Shown in pieces: positions 1 through 10,000 of a stretch of DNA of 64,000 nucleotides; position 1 is the first letter of the stretch, and each line of letters opens with the position of its first letter. The stretch lies in assembly GCA_036741235.1 (NCBI GenBank), contig DAINSQ010000004.1, positions 4,200 through 68,199 on the forward strand. The letters run 5' to 3'. Position numbers and translations under genes: made by a program. The stretch is from Saprospiraceae bacterium (GTDB lineage Bacteria; Bacteroidota; Bacteroidia; Chitinophagales; Saprospiraceae). The notes under the pieces were generated by a model that saw only the letters and a list, made by a program, of their open reading frames with translations, was not told the DNA's origin and did no database searches.

Positions 1-1
1 G

Positions 2-961
2 GCCAAACAAGTGTATGAATGGCTTTGGAAAAAAGGCGCTTTTTCTTTTGAAGAAATGACCAACCTCTCCAAAAACCTGCGGCAGACCCTTGAGGAGCAT
101 TTTATTATCCGCCCAATCGCGATCGACAAAGTGCAGCACAGCGCCGACGGTACCATCAAAACCCGCTTCCGGCTGCACGACGGGCACCTCATCGAATCGG
201 TGCTCATTCCCGTGCCCGACGACAACCGCTATACGGTGTGCGTATCCTGCCAGGTAGGCTGCAGCCTTACTTGCACTTTCTGTGCCACCGGCCGCATGAA
301 ACGCTTGCGCAACCTCGACCCTGCGGAGATATACGACCAGGTGCTGCTGGTCAACCGCCAATCACTCGAAACTTACGGCCATCCCCTCACCAACATCGTA
401 TTCATGGGTATGGGCGAACCGCTTTTGGCCTATAGCAATGTAATGCAAGGTATTGAGCGTATCACCTCGCCCGAGGGCCTCGGCATGTCGGCCAAACGCA
501 TCACCGTGAGTACCGCCGGTATCGCCAAGATGATCAAAAAGCTAGCCGACGACAACGCGCAGATCAAGCTGGCGCTGTCGCTGCACGCCGCCGACGATGC
601 CAAACGCAACGAGATTATGCCCATCAACGAGCAGAACAATCTGGCAGCGCTTGTAGAAGCACTCCGCTATTTTTACAATAAGACCAAAAATCCAATCAGC
701 TACGAATACATCGCTTTTCAGGATTTTAACGATAGCCTGGCCGACGCTGCCAACCTGCTTCGCTTGTGCAAACACTTTCCTGTGAAGATAAACATCATAG
801 AATACAACCCCATCGATGGGGCGCCTTTCCACAAAGCTTCGGAACACCGCATCGACGATTTTGCGCGTTATCTGCGCAGCCACGGCGTGATGGTCACCGT
901 GCGCCGCAGCCGCGGCCGCGATATTGACGCTGCTTGCGGGCAATTGGCCAACAAGGGCTGA
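2..961 (+). CDS. rlmN: 23S rRNA (adenine2503-C2)-methyltransferase RlmN, 5'-truncated by window edge
   Basis: The reading frame is open to the window edge (AKQVYEWLWKKG...). It has the radical-SAM CxxxCxxC motif (CSLTCTFCATG) and a C-terminal DIDAACGQL typical of the RlmN/Cfr family. Confidence 0.9.
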   Translation, partial: AKQVYEWLWKKGAFSFEEMTNLSKNLRQTLEEHFIIRPIAIDKVQHSADGTIKTRFRLHDGHLIESVLIPVPDDNRYTVCVSCQVGCSLTCTFCATGRMKRLRNLDPAEIYDQVLLVNRQSLETYGHPLTNIVFMGMGEPLLAYSNVMQGIERITSPEGLGMSAKRITVSTAGIAKMIKKLADDNAQIKLALSLHAADDAKRNEIMPINEQNNLAALVEALRYFYNKTKNPISYEYIAFQDFNDSLADAANLLRLCKHFPVKINIIEYNPIDGAPFHKASEHRIDDFARYLRSHGVMVTVRRSRGRDIDAACGQLANKG

Positions 962-987
962 TCCTCAATTATTAAAAAAATAAGGCG

Positions 988-995
988 TATCTTTG
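988..995 (+). promoter_or_regulatory. Bacteroidota-type -7 box (TATCTTTG, consensus TAnnTTTG) upstream of mfd
   Basis: Exact match to TAnnTTTG, 35 nt upstream of the mfd ATG. A 7-bp hairpin (CAACCTC/GAGGTTG, 997-1019) lies between the box and the start codon. Confidence 0.4.
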
Positions 996-1029
996 CCAAC
1001 CTCCTTATTGAAGAGGTTGTTTAGGTCGA

Positions 1030-4000
1030 ATGGCAGCAAGTAACCTGGATCAACTCCTCGCCTTGTATCGCGAGGACAAGCGCACGCAGCAAATCCTCGC
1101 TGCACTCAACGCTCCATCGCCGGCCCGCCTGCAATTGCAGGGAACGGTTGGCGCGCTGGATTGCTTTGTCTTCGCAGGAACCTTTCAGGCTCAGGCCAGG
1201 CACTACCTGATCATTGCCTCCGATAAAGAAGAGGCCGCTTACCTGCAGAACACCCTCGCCGGCCTGCTCGATAAAAAGCCGGTGCGGTTTTTTCCCGATT
1301 CTTTTAAACGCCCCCAATACTTCGAAGCGCTCGATACCGCCAATGTGCTGCAGCGCACCGAAACCATCAACAAAATAACGACCTCGGGCGCCGCCGGCGA
1401 AATCATCGTGACCTACCCCGAAGCGCTGTTTGAAAAAGTGGTGGCCCCCTATGCCCTGGAAAAAACGCGCATCGACATCAACATTAAAGAAAAACTGGAC
1501 GTAGATTATCTCATTGAAGTATTGGTAGAATACGGCTTCCGGCGCGAAGAATTCGTCTACGAACCCGGCCAGTTTTCGGTGCGCGGCGGCATCATTGATA
1601 TTTTTTCCTATGGAAACGAATACCCCTACCGGGTTGAACTATTTGACGAAGACGTAGAAAGCATCCGCGTTTTTGACCCGCTTACCCAACTTTCCCTGCG
1701 CAACATTGCCAAGGTGTCGATAGTGCCAAATATCAATACCCAGTTTTCCAACGAAGATAAAGTCTCGCTTTTCCAGGTCTTGCCGGAGGAAACCGTCGTG
1801 TGGGCAAGTGATCTCCAAACGCTGCTCGACCGCTTGCAGCAATGCGTGGAAAAAGCCGCCGAATTTGCCAAAGAAATCAGCATTCTCGACAAATCGGAAT
1901 TGGCAGAGATCTTCCGCGACCGCGCTTTTATCCGGCCCGTTGAGGTAATGGAGGATCTACAACGCCAATCTATCATTTGCTTTAACGACGGACCGCAGCC
2001 TATTGAACTGAAAGACAAGATTATATACACTGCCCGCCCCCAGCCCAGCTTCAACAAAAACTTCGAACTGTTGATCAACAACCTGCGCGACAACGAGGCG
2101 AAGCAGATGGTCAACTACCTGTTTACCGACAACCCCAAACAAGTAGAGCGTTTCTACGCTATCTTTTCCGACCTCCACGCCGGCGTGTTTTTCCACCCCG
2201 TCACTACCGCCATCCATGAAGGGTTTGTCGACCTGGACTTAAACGTGGTCTGCTATACCGATCACCAGATTTTCGAGCGCTTTCACCGCTACAAACTTCG
2301 CCAGGGTTTTACCCGCGACCAGGCCGTCAACCTCAAAATGCTGCGCGAGTTGCAGCCGGGCGACTATGTTACCCACATCGATCACGGCATCGGGCGATTT
2401 TCGGGCTTGCAGAAAATGGATATCAACGGGCACGTACAGGAATGCGTCCGGCTGGTGTATAAAAACAACGACTTGCTGTACGTGAGCATCAACTCGCTAC
2501 ACAAGATCTCAAAATACCTGGGCAAAGACGGCGCCGAGCCCCAACTCAGCAAACTGGGATCGGAAGCCTGGAAAAACCTCAAAAAAGCCACCAAAAAGAA
2601 ACTCAAAGATATCGCCGGCGAACTCATCAAGCTGTACGCCAAGCGCAAAGCCTCGGAAGGTTATGCTTTTTCGCCCGACGGCTATTTGCAGAACGAACTC
2701 GAAGCCTCATTTATCTATGAAGATACCCCCGATCAACTCAAGGCCACCAATGACGTAAAGGCCGATATGATGAAAAGTTACCCCATGGATCGCCTCATTT
2801 GCGGCGATGTGGGTTTCGGCAAAACGGAGGTGGCTATCCGGGCTGCTTTTAAAGCCGTTTGCGACGGCAAGCAGGTGGCGGTGCTCGTGCCAACTACAAT
2901 CCTGGCCCTGCAACACTACCGCACTTTTTCGGAGCGATTGCAGGAATTCAGCATAAAAATTGACTACCTCAACCGCTTCCGCACGACCAAAGCGCGCAAT
3001 GAAGTTTTCAAAAACCTCAAAGAAGGCAAAATTGAAATCGTCATCGGCACACATGCCTTACTCAATAAAGAGGTTCAGTTTAAGGATCTTGGGCTGTTGA
3101 TCGTCGATGAAGAGCAAAAATTCGGCGTCTCGGCAAAAGAAAAATTGCGCAACATCAAAGTCAATGTCGATACGTTGACGCTGACGGCCACGCCCATCCC
3201 GCGCACCCTGCAGTTTTCGCTGATGGCCGCCCGCGATCTGTCGATAATCCGTACCCCGCCGCCCAACCGGCAACCCATACACACGGAAGTGCGCGTCTTT
3301 AGCGAAACCATCATCAAAGACGCTATCTACTACGAAGTCAACCGCGGCGGACAGGTTTTCTTTGTACACAATCGCATTCAGAACCTGGCCGATGCCGCCA
3401 TGCTCGTCCAGCGGCTTTGCCCCGACGTAGACGTGGCCGTGGCTCACGGTCAGATGGAAGCCGAAAAACTGGAGCAAACGCTCATCGATTTTATTGACAA
3501 ACGCCACGAAGTCTTGGTGTGTACCAATATCATCGAAACCGGTCTGGATATTCCCAATGCCAATACCATTTTGATCAGCAACGCCCACCAGTTCGGCCTC
3601 AGCGACTTGCACCAGCTGCGCGGCAGGGTGGGGCGTTCCAACAAACGCGCCTTCTGCTATCTGTTCAGCCCGCCACCCTCCGTACTCACTCCCGAAGCCC
3701 GCAAGCGACTTCGCATCATTGAAGAGTTTTCCGACCTGGGCAGCGGCTTTGAAATTGCCATGCGCGACCTCGACCTGCGGGGCGCCGGCAACCTGCTGGG
3801 CGGCGAGCAAAGCGGTTTTATTGCCGAAATAGGCTACGAAACCTACCAGAAAATCCTGGAAGAAGCCATCCAGGAACTCAAAGAACAGGATTTCAAAGAG
3901 GTCTTCAAGGAAGAATTGGAAAAGGAAAACCGCTTCGTGCGCGACGTGCAAATCGACACCGATGTAGAAATGCTCATCCCCACGGAATACGTGAGCAATA

Positions 4001-4413
4001 CCCAGGAACGGCTGAGTTTGTATACCGAACTCGACGCTATAGAAACCGAGGAAAACCTCGTTCAATTCGAGGATATGATGCGCGACCGCTTTGGCAGGCT
4101 GCCGGCAGAAGTCATCGAGCTATTCGACGGCCTGCGCCTGCGCTGGATTGCCAAATCGCTGGGCTTCGAAAGACTGGTGCTGAAAGAAAACAAACTGCGC
4201 TGCTATTTTGTGGAAAACCCGCAATCGGCTTATTACGAAAGCCGCTATTTTCAAAATGTGCTCCAGTTTATTACTACTGAAGGCCCCAAATTCGGCATCA
4301 CGCTTAAACAGTCGCCGCGGAACCTCATTCTGGTGAAAGACAATGTAGCCGGTTTACGCGATGCGCACGCGTTATTGGTGGCGATAGCTGAAAATTTGGC
4401 TGCGAAAGTTTGA
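1030..4413 (+). CDS. mfd: transcription-repair coupling factor Mfd
   Basis: 1127 aa. SF2 helicase Walker A (GDVGFGKTEVA), DEEQKFGV box, QLRGRVGRS motif VI; length and domain order are typical of TRCF. Confidence 0.95.
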   Translation: MAASNLDQLLALYREDKRTQQILAALNAPSPARLQLQGTVGALDCFVFAGTFQAQARHYLIIASDKEEAAYLQNTLAGLLDKKPVRFFPDSFKRPQYFEALDTANVLQRTETINKITTSGAAGEIIVTYPEALFEKVVAPYALEKTRIDINIKEKLDVDYLIEVLVEYGFRREEFVYEPGQFSVRGGIIDIFSYGNEYPYRVELFDEDVESIRVFDPLTQLSLRNIAKVSIVPNINTQFSNEDKVSLFQVLPEETVVWASDLQTLLDRLQQCVEKAAEFAKEISILDKSELAEIFRDRAFIRPVEVMEDLQRQSIICFNDGPQPIELKDKIIYTARPQPSFNKNFELLINNLRDNEAKQMVNYLFTDNPKQVERFYAIFSDLHAGVFFHPVTTAIHEGFVDLDLNVVCYTDHQIFERFHRYKLRQGFTRDQAVNLKMLRELQPGDYVTHIDHGIGRFSGLQKMDINGHVQECVRLVYKNNDLLYVSINSLHKISKYLGKDGAEPQLSKLGSEAWKNLKKATKKKLKDIAGELIKLYAKRKASEGYAFSPDGYLQNELEASFIYEDTPDQLKATNDVKADMMKSYPMDRLICGDVGFGKTEVAIRAAFKAVCDGKQVAVLVPTTILALQHYRTFSERLQEFSIKIDYLNRFRTTKARNEVFKNLKEGKIEIVIGTHALLNKEVQFKDLGLLIVDEEQKFGVSAKEKLRNIKVNVDTLTLTATPIPRTLQFSLMAARDLSIIRTPPPNRQPIHTEVRVFSETIIKDAIYYEVNRGGQVFFVHNRIQNLADAAMLVQRLCPDVDVAVAHGQMEAEKLEQTLIDFIDKRHEVLVCTNIIETGLDIPNANTILISNAHQFGLSDLHQLRGRVGRSNKRAFCYLFSPPPSVLTPEARKRLRIIEEFSDLGSGFEIAMRDLDLRGAGNLLGGEQSGFIAEIGYETYQKILEEAIQELKEQDFKEVFKEELEKENRFVRDVQIDTDVEMLIPTEYVSNTQERLSLYTELDAIETEENLVQFEDMMRDRFGRLPAEVIELFDGLRLRWIAKSLGFERLVLKENKLRCYFVENPQSAYYESRYFQNVLQFITTEGPKFGITLKQSPRNLILVKDNVAGLRDAHALLVAIAENLAAKV

Positions 4414-4421
4414 TGCCAATC

Positions 4422-5714
4422 CTATTGTCCTTTTATAAACCTCCCCTGCCTAACCTCTTTTTCATTTTGGATAAATACAAAATATAACCCCGGCGACCAA
4501 TTATTAACATCAACGTTAACTGTACTGTCGAGGGCTTGAATACGCTGCCTCCAACGGAAAATACCCCTTGCGTCGGTAATCAATACCTCTCCCACTCCAG
4601 ATAGCTCAGAATCGATATAAAGCATTGTTGAAACCGGATTTGGGTATACCCGGAGCGGGGTGAAATAAGCATTGCTATGCCCCTGCAGGCCCGTTACTAC
4701 CGGTTCGGCAGAAGATATGTGCATGCTGTCACAGGAGACAATAAAATAATCTGCTGCAGAAGGGTGTGCCTCCTGCCAGGCAGCGTATATTTCATTGATG
4801 GTTTTCCATTCAAAATCGCCGGCCTCACGATATGGTTCCAGGTTGCGTATCAATGCTGCTACTTTACTTACATAACCGGGGGACATAAAGTGGCGGAAAT
4901 TCATCATCACTTTTATACTAAAAAAGGTGTCTTGCGGCCAATTGCGGCTTTTCATTTCTTGAATCAAATTAATCACGCGGTTTGACAGGAGGTCGACCGT
5001 GGTGGTATCCCATAACACAAACCCATCGTTGCAGCCGCCGCCCAGGCACACAAGCGGCTGGCCTGGGTTGTGCATGCCAAACCCCGCAATAGTAGGCGCC
5101 GACGGTCGCCAAATCCCAAATGCCTCATAGTCGTTGATATGCCCTGGAGAACCGCCTCCCCAAATGATTTGCGGCTGCCAGCTGTAATGCGGGTAAGTAT
5201 GCCCTGGCTGCGGCGTCTGCCATTGGGTCCAATCCTGGCTCACTGCCGGAGAATTAAAATTGCGCCAAATAAACCCGCCCATTACCCTGCGTGGATAAGC
5301 CAACCCGCAACTGTCGAGCAAATACGCCAAATCGGCATAATTATAAGGATTATACGCCGGCCCCGGCAACGGTACGAAGTGGTTGTGGGGTTCTACGTCT
5401 ATTTGGGACTGCTCGTCGGCCCATTGCAGGAGGTCCGTTTCATTAACTGCAGCAGCCTCATGGGCCAGATTGGCATTGATGATGTTACTTTCCACCATCA
5501 TTACATATGCGGCATCGAGGGAAACTACCGTATCGCAAAGCGATTTTACTACCCCCCGTATACTGGCATAGTGTGCCGCATTGCCGTAATTCAATCCATG
5601 ATAGACTTGATCATTCGTCTCATTGTGAGAAGCCAGGTACAGATAAACAGGTGTCTGCGCTGAAACTGTCAAGGTCAATAAAATGCCAATGACCAGGCTA
5701 GCGTTTTTTTTCAT
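4422..5714 (-). CDS. secreted hypothetical protein with T9SS (Por) C-terminal sorting domain
   Basis: Signal peptide MKKNASLVIGILLTLTVSAQ. The C-terminal ~80 aa (VYPNPVSTMLYIDSE...GLYFVFI...GRFIKGQ) match the type-A T9SS CTD pattern. The catalytic part is unassigned. Confidence 0.75.
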   Translation of the reverse strand: MKKNASLVIGILLTLTVSAQTPVYLYLASHNETNDQVYHGLNYGNAAHYASIRGVVKSLCDTVVSLDAAYVMMVESNIINANLAHEAAAVNETDLLQWADEQSQIDVEPHNHFVPLPGPAYNPYNYADLAYLLDSCGLAYPRRVMGGFIWRNFNSPAVSQDWTQWQTPQPGHTYPHYSWQPQIIWGGGSPGHINDYEAFGIWRPSAPTIAGFGMHNPGQPLVCLGGGCNDGFVLWDTTTVDLLSNRVINLIQEMKSRNWPQDTFFSIKVMMNFRHFMSPGYVSKVAALIRNLEPYREAGDFEWKTINEIYAAWQEAHPSAADYFIVSCDSMHISSAEPVVTGLQGHSNAYFTPLRVYPNPVSTMLYIDSELSGVGEVLITDARGIFRWRQRIQALDSTVNVDVNNWSPGLYFVFIQNEKEVRQGRFIKGQ

Positions 5715-5782
5715 ACCATCAGTTTGACCGTATGACTTTTAACCCGTCCTATGGTTTAATCGCAATATTTGACGATTGAGTT

Positions 5783-5794
5783 AAGGTGACAAGG
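5783..5794 (-). repeat. inverted copy (AAGGTGACAAGG) of the 8-bp tandem repeat unit at 5846-5896
   Basis: It is the reverse complement of 1.5 CACCTTGT units, located 52 nt from the array. Confidence 0.7.
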
Positions 5795-5845
5795 TCATCC
5801 GGATTATTCGGTTATTTGAAAGATTCGAACAACCAGATCATCAAC

Positions 5846-5896
5846 ACCCTGTCACCCTGTCACCTTGTCACCTTGTCACCTTGTCACCTTGTCACT
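5846..5896 (-). repeat. tandem array of about 6.4 copies of an 8-bp unit (CACCCTGT x2, CACCTTGT x4, CAC)
   Basis: Read directly. The array abuts and overlaps the stop codon (5892-5894) of the minus-strand gene 5892-6941. Confidence 0.9.
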
Positions 5897-6941
5897 TCTT
5901 ATTACCATCCCCCGTCTCCACCTTAATCGTCACCGGTTGCTGGCCGCCCTGTCCGCCGCTGCGCGTAAGCAACTTAAGCAAATCAAACCAGAACGGAGCG
6001 CCCTGAGAAATAGCGAGCGCCGTAACTGCCCATCCCAATAACTTCAGCAGCCAATCCCATACGCTTACGCCTTTGTAATCCGATTCCTTCCAGCCTAATC
6101 CCAGCGGCGTGGCGGCGCCTTCCAGATCCTCCTGAATAAGCATGTTCAACTGGCCTTTCAGTGAATCGAGGTTGGCTGATATCTCCTCCTGGCTTGCTGA
6201 ATCGGGGTTAACACCCGGAGATTGATACTTGCTGTAGCTGTCGGAAGCCACAAAATCAGTAGCAATTTGAAGTACTTCCTGCCGTGCAGAGGAATTCTGC
6301 GAAAGCGAGCGATAAATCGCAAAGGTATCGGCATCAAAAGCTACCGCTATTAAAAATCCAATAGTGACGATGATATACTGCACATTGCGCTTATACCAGG
6401 AAGAAGTAAGCGACATCATTTCGTCAAAATAAGTAGCGATGGCCTGCTCGGCTTTGTTGATCTCCTGCCGGAAATCATCGGTAATATCGCGGGTATTCAG
6501 CGCCATCTGGGCTTGTAATGTTTCCAGGTGTCCGCGCAGGTCTTTATCTTTTACCCCCGATAAATCAATGCCGCCGTTGCCTCCGCCCGCCGAAGGCGCA
6601 TCGAGCGAACGTTCGCCCGCGCCGGCTTCGCTGGAGGCATTGTTTTCTAACATATCTTTAACTACTGTTACAAACTGCGTGGGACTCAAATAGGCTGGAA
6701 GTTTCCCGCCGAAAAATCCCTTGGTGAGGTATTTTTGGTAAACCTTGCTGTTTTTAAACATGTCAGTGAGTGCCTTCTGCGCCTCTTTGGAGTCCAATTC
6801 CAACATGCTGGCCGCCGATTTCAATAGTAATTTTCCTCTTAGCGAGGTGAAATTGGCGAAAATTTCCTGGACGATAGATGCCAGGATACTCAGCAAGAAA
6901 TACACAAAAATCAGACCGATAACAATTTCCAATGCTTTCAT
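5892..6941 (-). CDS. hypothetical membrane protein (about 3 TM segments)
   Basis: 349-aa ORF with hydrophobic helices at the N-terminus (IVIGLIFVYFLLSILASIV), the middle (YIIVTIGFLIAVAF) and the C-terminus (LLKLLGWAVTALAI). No recognisable catalytic motif. Confidence 0.65.
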   Translation of the reverse strand: MKALEIVIGLIFVYFLLSILASIVQEIFANFTSLRGKLLLKSAASMLELDSKEAQKALTDMFKNSKVYQKYLTKGFFGGKLPAYLSPTQFVTVVKDMLENNASSEAGAGERSLDAPSAGGGNGGIDLSGVKDKDLRGHLETLQAQMALNTRDITDDFRQEINKAEQAIATYFDEMMSLTSSWYKRNVQYIIVTIGFLIAVAFDADTFAIYRSLSQNSSARQEVLQIATDFVASDSYSKYQSPGVNPDSASQEEISANLDSLKGQLNMLIQEDLEGAATPLGLGWKESDYKGVSVWDWLLKLLGWAVTALAISQGAPFWFDLLKLLTRSGGQGGQQPVTIKVETGDGNKK

Positions 6942-7099
6942 GAATAGTGGGTTTGTTGGATAAGTGACTAAGATAGCGTAAATTTGGATATAATTTACTT
7001 ACCCTGGTGTAAATCATCACATACTATTTTGACGAAAACTTACCTGTAGTCGACTTCCCCCGGAAGTGCGTTTTTTTCATTCATTCAGAATATTCGAAC

Positions 7100-10000
7100 A
7101 TGCGATCTGTGTTATTGATTTGTTGTTTTATTGTTTTAACAACAGGTATTTTCTCCCAAAATTATTGGACCCCCATTGCTGAAAACCAAATACCGCTTAA
7201 CGGCCCCCGCCGGATTACGCCCGATAAATATGCTCCATTGGCGCTCGACACTGCCCTGATGCTGCAAATATTACGCGAGGCGCCCCATGAAAGGCAAGTA
7301 TCCCCTTATGCCAGTCTCGCCATGTTGGAGGTACCCGTTCCAAATGGCGAAATGCAAACCTTCCGTATTGTTCGATACGACATGATGGAACCCGGGTTAG
7401 CCGACCGCTATCCCGGGATTATGACTTTTTTGGGCGTCGGTACGGGGCGAGAACCGCAGTATATACGCCTCGACTGGACGGCCAGGGGCTTTCACGCTAC
7501 TTTTACTACGCCACGCGGCAAGGTTTACATTGATCCCTATTGCTTTGACAATGTGCTGCACTATGTGAGTTATTATACGACTGACTATCCCGAACCTGCT
7601 ACCCCTTTTGAGTGCCATTTTTCAAAGGAGAATAATCTTGGAATAAACGAACCTTCCGATGGCGAATTAAAAGCCGGCGATTGCGTCTTCCGGTCTTATC
7701 GGCTGGCCATGGCCACTACGGGCGAATACTCCAATTACCACGGCGCCGACAACCCCTCCGAATCTGCACTCGTCCTGTCGGCAGTAGTAACAGCCGTCAA
7801 CCGGGTCAACGAAGTATACGAACGCGATGCTACCATCAGAATGATCCTGATAGCCAATACCGACGATGTTTTTTATTATAATCCGGCCACTGACCCCTAC
7901 ACCAATAGCAGTGGAGGTACCATGCTGGGCGAAAATCAGACCACTCTTGATGCCGTAATCGGCACCGCCAATTACGATATGGGCCATGTGTTCAGCACCG
8001 GCGGCGGCGGCGTGGCCAACCTCAACGCACCCTGCGATCCCAATTTGAAAGCCAGGGGCGTCACAGGTTTGGGCAATCCGATCGGCGATCCGTTTTACAT
8101 TGATTATGTAGCCCATGAAATGGGACACCAGTTTGGCGCCAACCACACGCAAAATAACGACTGCAACCGCGTCCCCGCCACAGCCATGGAACCTGGCAGC
8201 GCCTCTACCATCATGGGGTATGCAGGTATTTGCAGCCCCAACGTTCAAAGCAATAGCGACGATTATTTCCACGCCATCAGCTTACAGGAAATCGGCAACT
8301 TCGTAGCCTTTGGCAGCGGCAATTCCTGCGATACCCCGCTGCCGTTTGTCAATAACCCACCCACGGTAGGCGCCGGCAATGACCGCATTATCCCGGTTTC
8401 AACGCCGTTTATGCTCACCGCTTCGGCCAATGACCCCGACGGACACCCGCTCACTTATTGTTGGGAACAATGGGATAATGAAGCAGGCGACATGCCGCCA
8501 CAAACTACCAACACGCAAGGCCCCATGTTCCGCACTTTTGACCCCAACAGCTCGGCTACCCGCTATTTTCCTCGTTTGCAAGACCTGGTCAATAATGTCT
8601 CCCCCACCTGGGAAGTACTGCCATCGGTGGGCCGCGATATGGAATTCAGAGTCACGGTACGCGATAATAACGGCGCAGCAGGTTGCACGGCAGAAGACAA
8701 CATGACAGTAACTACGGCAGCAGGTATCGGCCCCTTCCTGGTTACCGCCCCAAATACGGGAAGTACAGTGTGGACAGAAGGGCAATTTGAACAAGTTACC
8801 TGGAATGTAGTCAATACGACGACAGCGCCGGTAAGTTGCAGCCTTGTTGACATATTCCTGTCTTATGACGGCGGCTTTACCTACCCTGCCCAATTAGCCA
8901 ATAACCTGCCTAATAACGGCGTCGCTTCGGTATTGGTACCAGCAGGAACTACCACAACAGCGAGGGTGATGGTCAAAGCCGAAGGCAATATCTTTTTTGA
9001 TATTTCAAATGCCAATTTTACTATCGTTGCAGGCGCCGCCGACTTCTCCGTCGGCGCAACCCCGGTCAGTATTACAGCCTGCCCGCCCAATGACGCAGTG
9101 TATACCATTAATACAGGATCTTTTGGCGGCTTTTCAGGAAATGTGACTTTGTCGCTTACTGGCGCGCCGATGGGAACAACGCATACTTTCAGCGTCAACC
9201 CCGTCATTGCCGGCAATTCGAGCACTCTGACCATTGGCAATCTGGCAGCCCTGGCGCCCGGCGCTTACAACATGGAAGTATGGGGTTCCGGCAGCACGGG
9301 ACTTAGATCCATTGCTATCGAGCTAAATGTATCAGAATACCCTGGTATACCCTCCGGCATTACCCCTGCTAACGGAGCTACAGACCATACCATCGTACCT
9401 GTTTTTACATGGTCTACTTCATCAAATACAATCCAATACTCGGTTGAGCTTTCTTCCAGCCCTGTATTTTCCACTATTTCTGCAAGCACAACCACTGCCG
9501 GCACGACCTGGTCGCCGGAACTTGAACTGCAACCGCTGACTACCTATTATTGGAGGGTGCGAGGTATGAACACCTGCGGCAATGGCAACTGGTCGGCGGT
9601 TTCGTCATTTACTACCGTTCCCTGTTTTACTTATACTAGCGCCAACGTGCCGGTAACTATTCCATCTTCAGGTTCGCCAACAGTGACCTCCACCCTGAAT
9701 ATCACCGACGCAGGCATTGCGACCGACCTCAACGTCGTCAACCTTAGCGGCACGCATACCTGGATAAACGACCTGGCCATCGACCTCATCGGCCCCGACA
9801 ATACCACAGTCACCCTGTTTGCCCAAATTTGCGACGACGAGGACAATTTCAACATCAACTTCAGCGATCAGGCGGCATCTTCCAACTATCCCTGCCCGCC
9901 CACCGACGGCGGCGCCTACCGCCCTCAAAATCCGCTAAGTCCATTCAACAATAAGTCGATTACAGGTATATGGACCCTGCGAGTCCGCGATTTATTCAAC

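Noticed and set aside
3058-4065. A 335-aa ORF antisense to mfd. Similar long shadow ORFs occur at 7667-8272, 34603-35409, 40593-41327, 44583-45170, 46087-46629, 51174-51782, 54842-55468 and 56129-56710.
   Set aside because: Each is fully embedded in a strongly supported gene on the other strand. None has a recognisable motif, signal peptide or plausible promoter.
5846-5896. The short tandem arrays at 5846-5896 and 60850-60980, considered as possible CRISPR arrays.
   Set aside because: The units are only 8-10 bp and directly abut one another with no spacers. No cas genes or leader-like sequence are present in the window.
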